A stretch of DNA of 64,000 nt from an uncultured Thermodesulfatator sp. (GCA_964412755.1 CAYPPW010000002.1:18945-82944); one strand, 5' to 3'. Shown: positions 1-10,700, numbered from the stretch's first letter. Numbers and translations: made by a program. The notes: generated by a model not told the origin, from the letters alone.

Positions 1-129
1 GAATGGGAGATTCTCAATTTTTGGGAAGGAAAAAATATTTCAGAATTTATAGAAGCTTTAGTAAAAATAAGTGACATATTAGAAGATGCAAGTGATTATC
101 TTTATATTTTAGATATCTCGCTTAGGTAA
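1..129 (+). CDS. DUF47 / PhoU-like phosphate transport regulator, 3' end only (5' end outside the window)
   Basis: Frame 1 reads EWEILNFWEGKNISEFIEALVKISDILEDASDYLYILDISLR*. The D..ED..D tail is DUF47-like, and the gene sits directly upstream of a PiT transporter, its usual partner. Confidence 0.75.
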   Translation, partial: EWEILNFWEGKNISEFIEALVKISDILEDASDYLYILDISLR

Positions 130-141
130 ATCTTCCCTATA

Positions 142-1083
142 ATGATTGAACTTACTATTTTAGCTAGCTTTCTTATTGCCTTTGCAATAGGTTCCAATGA
201 TGCCTCAAATGCTCTTAGTATTTCTATAGGAGCTGGAGTAATTAAATTTAAACGTGCTGTTTTTCTATTCGGTATTTTAGTTTTTGCAGGAATATTATTA
301 AATGGAGAAAAAGTAATGAAAACTGTAGGTAAAAATTTAGTAGAAATAAATCCTGAAACTATTGCTATTTCTCTTTTAATTTCAGCAGGATTGATAATAT
401 TTTCTAATTGGAAAAAACTCCCCCTTTCTACTCATCAAATAATTATAGGAAGTTTAATAGGATATGCTCTTGCTTCTAAATCTTCAATTAATATTTTTTC
501 TGTTATAAAGATTATTTTATCTTGGATAATTTCTCCTTTTTTAGCTTTTTTAATTAGTTTTTTTTTATACACAATATTAGAAAGAATAATACCAAAAATT
601 TCCTTTTTTAAGATAGAAATTCTTTTAAGGTATTTTCTTTTATTAAGTGCTTCTTTAATTTCCTATAATACAGGAGCAAATGAATTAGCCACTATCCTTG
701 GTCCGGTGATATATTCTCAAATCTCTATTAATATTTGGTATTTATTTTTAATCTCTTCTTTTCTCGTTTTTTTAGGTGCCTATAGCTTAAGTAAAAGGGT
801 AATTGAAACTGTAGGCAAAAGCCTCACTCCTCTTGATCCATTTTCAGGATTTGTTTCTCAAATTAGTGCAGGAATAAGTGTATTTCTATTTACTTTGCTG
901 GGGATGCCTATTTCCACTACTTATTGTATAATAGGTGCTATAAGTGGTGTTGGAATAATTAAAGGAATAAAAACCGTAAAAACAGAACTTTTGAAAAAAA
1001 TTATTATAAATTGGATAATATCCTTTTTCATAGCACTTATTTTTTCTTTTATACTTACTACAGGATATCTAAAATTTTTTTAG
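142..1083 (+). CDS. Inorganic phosphate transporter, PiT family
   Basis: Hydrophobic 313 aa protein with duplicated PiT signatures (IGSNDASN, TGANELAT) and the motifs LPLSTHQ and GMPISTT. Confidence 0.92.
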   Translation: MIELTILASFLIAFAIGSNDASNALSISIGAGVIKFKRAVFLFGILVFAGILLNGEKVMKTVGKNLVEINPETIAISLLISAGLIIFSNWKKLPLSTHQIIIGSLIGYALASKSSINIFSVIKIILSWIISPFLAFLISFFLYTILERIIPKISFFKIEILLRYFLLLSASLISYNTGANELATILGPVIYSQISINIWYLFLISSFLVFLGAYSLSKRVIETVGKSLTPLDPFSGFVSQISAGISVFLFTLLGMPISTTYCIIGAISGVGIIKGIKTVKTELLKKIIINWIISFFIALIFSFILTTGYLKFF

Positions 1084-1086
1084 AAA

Positions 1087-1389
1087 ATGAATAACGAAAT
1101 ATATAATCTCAAAAATCTTAAATTTACAAAAATTATAAAAAGAATTTATAAAAATGACCTCACTCTTTTTTATTTTAGAGATGCGAATGGCAATTTTATT
1201 CTTTTTGAGGGACATCACCGCTTCTACTTTTTACTTAAATTTTTCCCATTGACCTGGATTGCACAAATTTTTTCTATCAAGCTTGATCACAAAGCATTTA
1301 AAAAATTAAAAATTATTTCTATATTTGATACTAAAAAAGCTAAAAGTCTTTCGGAAAATTTTTGGTTAAGTAAAATTTTTATAAAATAA
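1087..1389 (+). CDS. Hypothetical protein (doubtful)
   Basis: 100 aa ORF filling the PiT-proC gap. No recognisable family apart from a short EGHHR motif. Confidence 0.3.
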   Translation: MNNEIYNLKNLKFTKIIKRIYKNDLTLFYFRDANGNFILFEGHHRFYFLLKFFPLTWIAQIFSIKLDHKAFKKLKIISIFDTKKAKSLSENFWLSKIFIK

Positions 1390-1413
1390 GACAAAATTTC
1401 AGGGAGGGATATT

Positions 1414-2226
1414 ATGAAAGAAATAGGTATTATAGGTGGTGGGCAAATGGCAGAAGCTCTTATTAGGGGATTTTTAGAAAAAAATCTTTTTACACCTGAA
1501 AATATTTTGGTTTCTGAACCTATTGATCAAAGAAGAACTTATTTAGAAAAAAATTATAAAATAAATACTACCTCTTCTAATTTAGATGTAATCAAGCAAA
1601 GAAAGATTATCATTTTAGCAGTTAAACCTCAGGTTATGAAAAAAGTATTAGAAGAAATTAAAGACTTTATAGAAGTTAAAAAGCATTTGATTTTAACTAT
1701 AGCTGCAGGATTACCTATAAATTTTTATGAAAAAATTCTTCCTTCTAAGATAAAGCTAATAAGAATTATGCCAAATACTTGTGCTATTGTTCATCAAGCT
1801 ATCAGTGCTATCTCAAAGAATCCTTTTGCCACTGAAGAAGATCTAAAAATAACTCAGGAAATTTTTTCAGCTATTGGTGAAACCATTATTGTTGATGAAG
1901 ATCTCATGGATGGAGTTACTGCTCTTTCAGGAAGTGGCCCTGCCTATGTAGCTCTCTTCATAGAAGCTTTCATTGATGCAGGAGTAAGAATGGGACTACC
2001 TAGAGAAATTGCAAAGAAATTGACTTTAAAAACTTTCTCAGGTACTATAAAGCTGATAGAGGAAACTAAAAAAAATCCTTATGAAATAAAATCAATGGTT
2101 ACCTCTCCTGCTGGAACGACTATAACAGCTATACAAGAATTTTATGAAAGAGGACTTCCAGGAATTATAATTTCTGGCATTTATAAAGCCTATTTAAGAA
2201 GCAAGGAATTAAGTACTTTTTCGTGA
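1414..2226 (+). CDS. proC: Pyrroline-5-carboxylate reductase
   Basis: IGIIGGGQMA Rossmann motif plus LAVKPQ, RIMPNT, SGSGPAY and SPAGTT. SD-like GGGAGG upstream. Confidence 0.97.
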   Translation: MKEIGIIGGGQMAEALIRGFLEKNLFTPENILVSEPIDQRRTYLEKNYKINTTSSNLDVIKQRKIIILAVKPQVMKKVLEEIKDFIEVKKHLILTIAAGLPINFYEKILPSKIKLIRIMPNTCAIVHQAISAISKNPFATEEDLKITQEIFSAIGETIIVDEDLMDGVTALSGSGPAYVALFIEAFIDAGVRMGLPREIAKKLTLKTFSGTIKLIEETKKNPYEIKSMVTSPAGTTITAIQEFYERGLPGIIISGIYKAYLRSKELSTFS

Positions 2227-3263
2227 AAAATTTTTCTGAATTCTCTTATTTTTTGATTGGATCTATCAAGATATACTCGATTAGTTAAAAGAACAACTAT
2301 AAGGTCTTTTTTTAAATATATAAAGAAAGAACAACCTGTAAAACCAAGATGACCGATAGTTTTTTCTTCATTATGCATGAAACCAAGAGAAAAGTTAGAA
2401 ATGCTTTCTTTAAATTCAAAAAATAATTTTACTATCTCCGATGAAATCCTTTTAGTTCCTTCTTTATAAGCTAAGAGCAAAAATTCAAGAATATCTAAAA
2501 CTCCATAGATATTTCCAAAAAGTCCAGCTACTCCAGAAACTCCATCAAGAGCTCGAGTGTTCTCATCTTCAACTAAACCCCTTAAAATTTTTTTACTCCA
2601 GGGACAGACTGAGGTAGGAACAATCATTTCTTGAGAAATATTCTTTTCTAATGGCTTAAAACCCAAAAAAGATTTCTTGCTAAATTCAACATTTTTCTTA
2701 GCCTCTTCAAAAAGATTTTCTAAATTTTTTTTATAAATTTTTTCTAAAAGATAAGTTAAGACAAAATAACCAAGATCAGAATAAATACATCCTTTACCAG
2801 GTGTATATTCTAAGGGAATAATTTCAATTTTTTCTATTATTTTAAAAAGCTTAATATCTCTTTTTTCCTTAAATTCTTTATTTATCAGCATTTCGTAAAA
2901 AGGATACCATGCCTTTAATCCAGAAGTATGATTTAAAAATCTATAAATAGGAACTTCACCAAGAGGGGAAACTAAATTAAGATAATTTTTTATCGGTTTA
3001 AATATATTTATTTTATTATTATTTTGAGATAAAAGATAAATTAAGGTAAAAGCCAAAGCTAAAGGTTTAGTAAGAGAGGCTAAGTCGAAAATATCAATAT
3101 CTTCAACAGGTTCTAAAAAGGGTGTAAGAGATTTATACCCCCGTGCTATTATATATTTTTTATTTTGATAAGAAATTCCTGCTATTGCACAGGGGAAAAT
3201 ACCTTCCTTTATACCGGAATCAAGAAGTTTAGAAAGATTAGTAAGGACCTTATAAGAAGCCAT
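2190..3263 (-). CDS. Serine hydrolase, beta-lactamase-related family
   Basis: SxxK motif (FDLASLTKP) plus LNHTSGL, YSDLGY, GHLGFTG and LTNRV. Confidence 0.9.
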   Translation of the reverse strand: MASYKVLTNLSKLLDSGIKEGIFPCAIAGISYQNKKYIIARGYKSLTPFLEPVEDIDIFDLASLTKPLALAFTLIYLLSQNNNKINIFKPIKNYLNLVSPLGEVPIYRFLNHTSGLKAWYPFYEMLINKEFKEKRDIKLFKIIEKIEIIPLEYTPGKGCIYSDLGYFVLTYLLEKIYKKNLENLFEEAKKNVEFSKKSFLGFKPLEKNISQEMIVPTSVCPWSKKILRGLVEDENTRALDGVSGVAGLFGNIYGVLDILEFLLLAYKEGTKRISSEIVKLFFEFKESISNFSLGFMHNEEKTIGHLGFTGCSFFIYLKKDLIVVLLTNRVYLDRSNQKIREFRKIFHEKVLNSLLLK

Positions 3264-3906
3264 GCTCTTTAAGAAATTCTAAATTAAGTCTCTTCCTAAT
3301 ACTTTCTAAACTTTCAAGATAAGGAGAGAGCCACTTATAAACCATTTTAGCAATTATATCTATTTCTATATTTACAAGGTCACCCGGTTTTTTAAGACAG
3401 AGAGTAGTAACTTTTAAAGTATGGGGAATAAGCATTAATTCTAAAATATTGTTTCTAAAATCATTTATAGTAAGACTTACCCCATCTATAGCAATAGAAC
3501 CTTTTTTTACTAAATAGGGGCTAAATTCTGAGGGTATTTCTATAGTAAGTTTCCAAAAATCTTCTATAGGAACTATAGAAAGAATTCTACCTATTCCATC
3601 TACATGACCTGAAACTAAATGCCCTCCAAGACGTTCCCCTAATTTTAATGCTCTTTCTAAATTAACAAACTCTCCAGAGGTTTTATATCTAAAAGTGGTT
3701 TTAGCTAAAGTTTCAGGTGAAAGAAGGGTCTTAAATGATGAACCTTTTATCTCTGTAACAGTTAAACACACACCATCAACTGCTACACTATCACCTATAT
3801 TAATATCCTTTAATAAAAAAGAAGCTGAAATTTCAGCCAGAAGACCTCCTCTATAAGGTTGTAGAGAGACAATTTTCCCGATTCCTTCTACTAATCCTGT
3901 AAACAT
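3250..3906 (-). CDS. ribE: Riboflavin synthase (alpha chain)
   Basis: N-terminal MFTGLVE plus GDSVAVDGVCLTV, VNLERAL, GGHLVSGHVD and KGSIAIDGVSLT. Confidence 0.97.
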   Translation of the reverse strand: MFTGLVEGIGKIVSLQPYRGGLLAEISASFLLKDINIGDSVAVDGVCLTVTEIKGSSFKTLLSPETLAKTTFRYKTSGEFVNLERALKLGERLGGHLVSGHVDGIGRILSIVPIEDFWKLTIEIPSEFSPYLVKKGSIAIDGVSLTINDFRNNILELMLIPHTLKVTTLCLKKPGDLVNIEIDIIAKMVYKWLSPYLESLESIRKRLNLEFLKEHGFL

Positions 3907-3926
3907 ATTTTTTATATTATATCAAA

Positions 3927-4853
3927 CTAATTTAAGTAAAACAATTCCTTAAGCTCTTCAGGATAAACTTCAAAATCATATTCAATAAATTCCTTTTTAA
4001 AAGACTGTTTTTTAATTAGTGATTTTAAATAAGAAATTACCTCCATCAAACAAATTTCTTTATCCTGATATTTTTTAATTAAACTGTGAATCTTTTCCTG
4101 GCTAAAACTTTTTTCTAAAATACACAAAATCATATTACCAATTATTTCTCTTTTAAAAGGATTGGTTAATATTTCTTTAAAAGTATTTTCATAAATTTTA
4201 AGATTTTCTAAAAAATTATTATTATTAAATAATACCATCTCTAATTGTTTCGTTTTTATTTTATCATAACTCATAAGTAACCATTCTATTTTTTTATGAA
4301 AAGAGATTAAGTCATCTATTTGTTTTGCTTTTTTCTTAAAGACTTTAAATTTTGCTAAAGTAAAAATTCTAATCAAAAAATTTTCTAAAATATCCTTATC
4401 TTTAAGCATTTGTTCATCTACAATTGGTAAATGTGGAAATGTATTTAAGATTTCTTTAGCAAAGATTCCTTGTCCATATCCTATGATTTCTTTTCCTTCT
4501 ATATCTTTATAAATTTTTGTTTCCAAAGAAACACCACAGGATGGAGATTTGCTTTTTAAAAAAAATCCTTCTATTTCGGAAATTTTTTGAATGAAATTTT
4601 TAGAAAATAAAATCAACTTTTCTGTAAAGTCTTCCCCGGTTAAAATCTTGACAGCATAAATTTTTTCATTTCTTTTTACCAGAATTAACTTTTCTCTTGG
4701 CACAGGCAATCCTATTGCAACTTCTGGACATACTGAAACTATTTCACAAAATTTTCTAAGTTTTATAGCAAAAGGAACTTCGGTTAATTTCCCATCGTAT
4801 CGAGTCTTCTCTAAATTAAGACAGGCACTTAAAACTAAACGAGGTTTTAACAT
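3927..4853 (-). CDS. DUF523-DUF1722 protein (TudS/RudS thiouracil/thiouridine desulfidase family)
   Basis: SACL, CPEV and SPSCG cysteine motifs of DUF523, followed by a helical DUF1722-like C-terminus ending YPEEL. Confidence 0.85.
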   Translation of the reverse strand: MLKPRLVLSACLNLEKTRYDGKLTEVPFAIKLRKFCEIVSVCPEVAIGLPVPREKLILVKRNEKIYAVKILTGEDFTEKLILFSKNFIQKISEIEGFFLKSKSPSCGVSLETKIYKDIEGKEIIGYGQGIFAKEILNTFPHLPIVDEQMLKDKDILENFLIRIFTLAKFKVFKKKAKQIDDLISFHKKIEWLLMSYDKIKTKQLEMVLFNNNNFLENLKIYENTFKEILTNPFKREIIGNMILCILEKSFSQEKIHSLIKKYQDKEICLMEVISYLKSLIKKQSFKKEFIEYDFEVYPEELKELFYLN

Positions 4854-4864
4854 TTAAAATAAGA

Positions 4865-6121
4865 TTAAGTCCCTTCTTCCCAGGAACTAAGATATTTTTC
4901 TTGTTCAGGAGTAAGGAAATCAATTTGGATACCCATAGCTTTCAATTTAAGCCTTGCTACTTCTCTATCAATCTCTTCAGGAACTGGATAAACTTTTTTA
5001 TCGAGCTTGTGATGATTTTTGACTATATATTCTATACAAAGTGCTTGATTCGCAAAACTCATATCCATAACTCCTGAAGGATGACCTTCTGCTCCTGCTA
5101 AATTAACAAGTCTTCCTTGACAGAGAACATATATTTTTTTTCCATTAATAAGGGTGTATTCTTCAACTTCTTTTCTTATCTTTCTGACCTGAGTAGAGAT
5201 ACTTTTCAAATCTTCTAAGTTTATTTCTACATCAAAATGACCTGAATTTGCAACTATTGCTCCGTCTTTCATTTTTAAAAAATGTTCTTTTCTTATAATT
5301 GATTTATTTCCAGTTACTGTGCAGAAAAAATCACCTATTTCTGCTGCTTTATCCATAGGCATAACAATATATCCTTCCATTACCGCTTCCAAAGCTTTTA
5401 AAGGATCAACTTCAGTAATAATTACTTTAGCCCCCATTCCTCTTGCTCTCATAGCAAGACCTTTACCACACCATCCAAAACCTGCAATAACAAAATTAGA
5501 TCCTGCAAGAAGTCTATTAGTGGTTCTCAAAATTCCATCTATAGTAGATTGACCTGTACCATAACGATTATCAAATAAATGTTTTGTTAAGGCATCATTT
5601 ATTGCAATAATAGGATATTTAAGAAGACCTTGATTGGACATAGCTTTGAGTCTTATAACACCTGTTGTGGTTTCTTCTGTACCTCCCCATACTTTTTCAA
5701 TTTTTTTTGACTTATCTTTATGAAGTGTAGTTACCAAATCTGCTCCGTCATCAATAGTGATATTCGGCTCTCTTTCAAGAATAGCCTTTATATGAGAGTA
5801 ATAAGTATCTTTATCTTCCCCTCTTATGGCGAATACTGGAATTTCAAAATATTTTACAAGTGCTGCTGCTACTTCATCTTTAGTGGAAAGGGGATTAGAA
5901 GCACAAAGATAAATTTCTGCTCCTCCTTCTTTTAAAGTTTTTGCAAGATTGGCAGTTTCAGTAGTGATATGAAGGCATGCTCCTATTTTTACTCCTTTTA
6001 GTGGTTTTTCTTCTCTAAATCTTTCTCTTATTTGTTTTAAAACCGGCATATCCATCTCAGACCATTCAATTAATCTTAACCCTTCATCTGCAAGGGATAA
6101 ATCCTTTATATGAAATTCCAA
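4865..6121 (-). CDS. ahcY: Adenosylhomocysteinase
   Basis: Motifs [36 protein letters not shown] and GHPS.VMDMSF. TTG start with AGGAGG SD. Confidence 0.98.
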   Translation of the reverse strand: MEFHIKDLSLADEGLRLIEWSEMDMPVLKQIRERFREEKPLKGVKIGACLHITTETANLAKTLKEGGAEIYLCASNPLSTKDEVAAALVKYFEIPVFAIRGEDKDTYYSHIKAILEREPNITIDDGADLVTTLHKDKSKKIEKVWGGTEETTTGVIRLKAMSNQGLLKYPIIAINDALTKHLFDNRYGTGQSTIDGILRTTNRLLAGSNFVIAGFGWCGKGLAMRARGMGAKVIITEVDPLKALEAVMEGYIVMPMDKAAEIGDFFCTVTGNKSIIRKEHFLKMKDGAIVANSGHFDVEINLEDLKSISTQVRKIRKEVEEYTLINGKKIYVLCQGRLVNLAGAEGHPSGVMDMSFANQALCIEYIVKNHHKLDKKVYPVPEEIDREVARLKLKAMGIQIDFLTPEQEKYLSSWEEGT

Positions 6122-6141
6122 TTTTTCCTCCTTTTACCACA

Positions 6142-7305
6142 TTATTTATCAAAACCCGCAAGCTCTTTTATTTTTTCAACCATATCAAGTTTTTCCCATG
6201 TAAATTCAGGCTCATTTCTTCCAAAATGTCCATAACAAGCTGTTTTTTTGTAAATAGGTCTTCTTAAATTTAGGTATTCTATCATATGTTTTGGTTTAAA
6301 ACAAAAAAGTTTATTAATAATTTCAAGAATTTTTTCAACAGGTATAGTTTCTGTGCCATAGGTATTTACATTTATAGCAAGTGGTTCAGGTACTCCTATT
6401 GCATAAGCTACTTGTACTTCAAGTTCTCTTGCCACTCCTGCAGCTACAAGATTTTTAGCTACATATCTAGCATAATAAGAAGGAGTTCTATCAACTTTAG
6501 TAGGATCTTTACCAGAAAAGGCTCCACCTCCGTGGTGCCCTCTCCCACCATAAGTATCTACGATAATTTTTCTACCCGTCATTCCACAATCTGCAAGTGG
6601 TCCTCCTATTACAAATCTTCCTGTAGTGTTTACAAGAATTCTTGTATCAGGTTTAAGATGCTCAGGAGCTATTACCTTTTTAACTACTTCTTCAATTATA
6701 GCCTCTCTCAATTCTTTCTGAGTTACAGTAGGGTCATGTTGAGCAGCTATTACTATAGTATGAACATCAACAGGACGTCTATCCTCATACCTTATAGTTA
6801 CTTGAGTTTTTCCATCAGGTCTTAAAAAAGGTAAAATTCCTCTTTTTCTCACTTCTGCAAGTCTCATAGCTAATTTATGAGCATACCAAATAGGCATTGG
6901 CATAAAGTCTGGGGTTTCATCACAAGCATATCCAAACATAAGCCCCTGGTCTCCTGCTCCTATTTCTCCATCCCTTTCTATTCCCTGAGCTATGTCAGGA
7001 CTCTGTCTATCTATACTTATCAATACTGCACAGGTTTGATAATCAAAACCAAGATCAGAATGATTATAACCTATTTCTTTTACCACTCCTCTGGCAATGG
7101 TTGCATAATCTACTCTTGCCTCTGTAGTTATTTCTCCTGCTATTAAAATCATCCCTGTATTAACTAAAGTTTCACAAGCCACTCTTGCATAAGGATCCTT
7201 TTCCAAAATAGCATCCAAAACTGCATCAGAGATTTGGTCAGCTACCTTATCTGGATGACCTTCAACTACAGATTCAGAGGTAAAAAGAAAATTTCTTGTA
7301 AGCAT
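6142..7305 (-). CDS. metK: S-adenosylmethionine synthetase
   Basis: Motifs [27 protein letters not shown] and YGHFGR. Confidence 0.99.
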   Translation of the reverse strand: MLTRNFLFTSESVVEGHPDKVADQISDAVLDAILEKDPYARVACETLVNTGMILIAGEITTEARVDYATIARGVVKEIGYNHSDLGFDYQTCAVLISIDRQSPDIAQGIERDGEIGAGDQGLMFGYACDETPDFMPMPIWYAHKLAMRLAEVRKRGILPFLRPDGKTQVTIRYEDRRPVDVHTIVIAAQHDPTVTQKELREAIIEEVVKKVIAPEHLKPDTRILVNTTGRFVIGGPLADCGMTGRKIIVDTYGGRGHHGGGAFSGKDPTKVDRTPSYYARYVAKNLVAAGVARELEVQVAYAIGVPEPLAINVNTYGTETIPVEKILEIINKLFCFKPKHMIEYLNLRRPIYKKTACYGHFGRNEPEFTWEKLDMVEKIKELAGFDK

Positions 7306-7391
7306 TTTTTTCCTCCATTTGATAGATTTAAAAATTTTTTAAAAAAAATTTAAAAGAAATTTACTATACCTTTAAAATAAAGCAACTTTTA

Positions 7392-7419
7392 TTGCAAATT
7401 AAGTAAAAACTTATATATT
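7392..7419 (+). promoter_or_regulatory. Putative sigma70 promoter for alaS
   Basis: TTGCAA-16 nt-TATATT, ending 7 nt before the alaS ATG. The AT-rich context lowers specificity. Confidence 0.35.
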
Positions 7420-7426
7420 TAATATT

Positions 7427-10021
7427 ATGAAGGGAAGAGAGATTAGAGAGATTTTTTTAGATTATTTTATAAAAAGGGGACATCAATTAGTTCCAAGTTC
7501 TTCTCTTATCCCTACCGAAGATCCTACCCTTCTTTTTACCAATGCAGGGATGGTTCAATTTAAAAAAGTTTTTCTTGGAGAAGAGACAAGACCTTATAAA
7601 AGGGCAGTAAGCTGTCAAAAATGTATGCGTGCAGGTGGAAAACACAATGACTTGGAAAATGTGGGTTATACAGCAAGACATCATACCTTTTTTGAAATGC
7701 TCGGAAATTTCTCTTTTGGAGATTATTTTAAAGAAACTGCTATAGAATATGCCTGGGAATTTATTACCAAATTTTTAGGTCTTCCCAAGGAAAAACTATA
7801 TATCACGGTATATGAAAAAGATGATGAGGCAGTTTTTTATTGGAAAAAAATAGCTTCCTTTCCAGAAGATAGAATTGTTCGCCTTGGAGAAAAGGATAAT
7901 TTTTGGGCAATGGGAGACACAGGTCCCTGTGGTCCATGTTCAGAAATAGTTTATGACATGGGAGAAGAATTTGGCTGTAAACGGCCTGATTGTAAACCTG
8001 GTTGCGATTGTGATAGATTTTTAGAAATTTGGAATTTGGTCTTTATGCAATATGAAAGAGATGAAAACGGAAATTTAAAACCCCTGCCCAAAGGTTGTAT
8101 AGACACAGGAATGGGGCTTGAAAGAATCACTGCTTGCTTGCAAGGTGTTTCCTCTACTTATGAAACCGATCTTTTTGAAAAAATTATTTATAAGATTTCA
8201 GAAATAACAGGTAAAGTCTTTAAAGAAAATAAAGAAACAGAAATAGCTTTTAGAGTAATTGCTGATCATATAAGAGCAACTGTCTTTTTACTTGCAGAGG
8301 GACTTATGCCTTCCAATGAAGGTAGAGGATATGTTTTAAGAAGAATAATAAGAAGAGCTGAAAGATTTGGTAAAATCTTGGGAATTAAAGAACCTTTTTT
8401 ATATAAGCTTATTCCTTCAGTTATAGAAGAATTAGGAGATATTTATCCTGAACTTATAAGAAATAAAGAAATCTCTGAAAAAATATTAAAAATAGAAGAA
8501 GAAAAGTTTTTAGAAACTTTAAATCTTGGACTTGAGATTTTAGAAAAAGAAATAGAAAAACTTAAAAGAGAAGAAAAAAAGGTTATCCCTGGGGAGGTAT
8601 TATTTAAACTTTACGATACCTATGGATTTCCCTATGATTTAGTAAGAGATTATGCATTGCCACTTAATTTTTCTCTTGATTTGAAAGGATTTGAAATCTT
8701 AAGAGAAAGAGCAAGAGAAGAGAGCAGAAAATCTTGGAAAAAAACCTTAGAAAGGCTTCCAGATTTTATCAAAAATTTAATTAAAGAAGATACCCAAACT
8801 CTATTTGTAGGATACGAAACTCTTGAAAGTTCAGCTAAAATTTTGGATATTCAAAAAGAAAATAATATTTATTATATCATTACTAATCTAACTCCTTTTT
8901 ATCCAGAGGGTGGAGGACAAATTTTTGATACGGGTATAATAATAGGTTCGAAAGGAAAAGGAAAAGTTATAGAGACTCAAAAAGTAGGGGAAATTATTTA
9001 TCACAAGGTAATTTTAGAAGGAATTATTGAAAAAGGTGAAGAAGTATTAATGCAAGTTGATAAAAAAAGAAGGTTTCATATAGAAAGACACCATACAGCC
9101 ACTCACCTTCTTCATTCAGGACTAAGAAAAATTCTTGGTCCTCATGTAAGACAATCCGGATCTTTAGTTGATGAAGAGAGGCTTCGCTTTGATTTTTCTC
9201 ATTTTCAAGGATTAACTGATGAAGAAATTAAAAAAGTAGAAGAATTAATAAATCAGTGGGTTTTAGAAAATTATCCAGTTGAAATTATGTGGGTTAAAAA
9301 AGAAGAAGCAGAAAGAGAAGGAGCTATAGCTCTTTTTGAAGAAAAATATGGAGAAATTGTAAGAGTAGTAAAAATTGATGATATCTCAATGGAACTCTGT
9401 GGGGGAACTCATGTAAAAAGAACAGGAGATATAGGATTAATCAAAATTATAAATGAAACAAGCGTAGCTTCTGGTATAAGAAGAATTACAGCTGTAGCTG
9501 GTCTTAAAACTTATGAATGGATTAAAAATCTTGAAAATAAAATAGAAAAAATAGCTAAAGAACTGAAAACCACTCCAAAAGATATAGAAAAGAAAATCAG
9601 ATCTTTATGGAAAGAAATTGAGGAATTAGAAGAAGAAATAAAAAAACTTAAAAAGGGAGATCTCAAAAAAGATCTTGAAGAAAAACTTAAAAAAATAGAA
9701 GAGATAAACGGAATTAAAGTTCTTGTAACTTCTTTCAAAACAGAAAAGATAGAAGAATTGAGAGAAATAGGAGACTTTTTTAAAGCTAAACTTGGCTCTG
9801 GAATAATTTTTCTTATAGGAGAAAAAGATGAAGGAAGTCCTCTTGCAGTGTGCATGGTAACTAAGGACCTTGCAGAAAAATATCCAGCCAACAAGATATT
9901 TCAAAAAATATCAAATCTCACAGGATTAAAAGGAGGAGGAAAATCTGAATTATGTCAGGGAATTTTTCAAGAAAAAATTTCTTTAGAAAAAATTAAAACC
10001 TTATTAAAAGAGGTCTTATAA
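7427..10021 (+). CDS. alaS: Alanine--tRNA ligase
   Basis: Motifs LLFTNAGM, HHTFFEMLGNFSFGDYFK, GPCGPCSE, editing-domain HTATHLLH / ELCGGTH, and a DHHA1 GGG tail. Confidence 0.99.
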   Translation: MKGREIREIFLDYFIKRGHQLVPSSSLIPTEDPTLLFTNAGMVQFKKVFLGEETRPYKRAVSCQKCMRAGGKHNDLENVGYTARHHTFFEMLGNFSFGDYFKETAIEYAWEFITKFLGLPKEKLYITVYEKDDEAVFYWKKIASFPEDRIVRLGEKDNFWAMGDTGPCGPCSEIVYDMGEEFGCKRPDCKPGCDCDRFLEIWNLVFMQYERDENGNLKPLPKGCIDTGMGLERITACLQGVSSTYETDLFEKIIYKISEITGKVFKENKETEIAFRVIADHIRATVFLLAEGLMPSNEGRGYVLRRIIRRAERFGKILGIKEPFLYKLIPSVIEELGDIYPELIRNKEISEKILKIEEEKFLETLNLGLEILEKEIEKLKREEKKVIPGEVLFKLYDTYGFPYDLVRDYALPLNFSLDLKGFEILRERAREESRKSWKKTLERLPDFIKNLIKEDTQTLFVGYETLESSAKILDIQKENNIYYIITNLTPFYPEGGGQIFDTGIIIGSKGKGKVIETQKVGEIIYHKVILEGIIEKGEEVLMQVDKKRRFHIERHHTATHLLHSGLRKILGPHVRQSGSLVDEERLRFDFSHFQGLTDEEIKKVEELINQWVLENYPVEIMWVKKEEAEREGAIALFEEKYGEIVRVVKIDDISMELCGGTHVKRTGDIGLIKIINETSVASGIRRITAVAGLKTYEWIKNLENKIEKIAKELKTTPKDIEKKIRSLWKEIEELEEEIKKLKKGDLKKDLEEKLKKIEEINGIKVLVTSFKTEKIEELREIGDFFKAKLGSGIIFLIGEKDEGSPLAVCMVTKDLAEKYPANKIFQKISNLTGLKGGGKSELCQGIFQEKISLEKIKTLLKEVL

Positions 10022-10028
10022 ATTTATA

Positions 10029-10700
10029 ATGAAATTTTATACCCTTCAGTGGATTAAAGAGATTTTTACAAAGTATCAATTAGAAGAAGGTATGTTTATA
10101 GAGGAAAAAGAAATTGCTTTTGAGCCAAAATATTTTATTTGGGCTTTATTACATATTTATCAAAAAAAAGATATTCCTTTCTTAGGAGAATCTTTAAATA
10201 TAAAGGACCTTGAATTTATTTTAGTTCATCAAGGATTTGATTTTATGTATCTTGTTGATCTTTTAAGAAAAGAATTTGCCTATTGGTTTAAAGAAAATCT
10301 TTTATATAGAGATTATTCTAATGAAACCTATTTTATTCTTGCTTCTGAATTTTTACTACTTGAGGAACAGTTAAAAAAACAGATTCAAATTCCACTTCTT
10401 GATCAAATGAAAAAGCTTATTCTTGATTTAGAAGAACGTGTAGAAGAAAAAAAATCACTTGAAAATTTTGATAAAAAAAGATTTTTTAGACTAGTAAAAT
10501 TTTTCAGCGTGGTTGAAAAGCTTGAAAAAACAAAATGTTCAGAATTGGTAGATAGGGCAAAGAATATTACTGAAAGAGCTTATCACTCTCTTGAAGAACT
10601 TGATTTTCCTTTACCTTCTATTTCTAAAAATGAGGTTAAGATTACTTTAAAGGATGAATTAAATAAATTGTTTCATTTACCAGGCTCAGGAGGTAATTGA
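10029..10700 (+). CDS. Hypothetical protein, helical and cytoplasmic
   Basis: 223 aa ORF 7 nt after alaS with normal coding-strand composition. No motif recognised. Confidence 0.75.
   Translation: MKFYTLQWIKEIFTKYQLEEGMFIEEKEIAFEPKYFIWALLHIYQKKDIPFLGESLNIKDLEFILVHQGFDFMYLVDLLRKEFAYWFKENLLYRDYSNETYFILASEFLLLEEQLKKQIQIPLLDQMKKLILDLEERVEEKKSLENFDKKRFFRLVKFFSVVEKLEKTKCSELVDRAKNITERAYHSLEELDFPLPSISKNEVKITLKDELNKLFHLPGSGGN

Noticed and set aside
7306-7426. SAM riboswitch upstream of metK or T-box upstream of alaS
   Set aside because: The 120-nt gap is almost pure A/T, with no S-box or T-box motifs and no GC stems.
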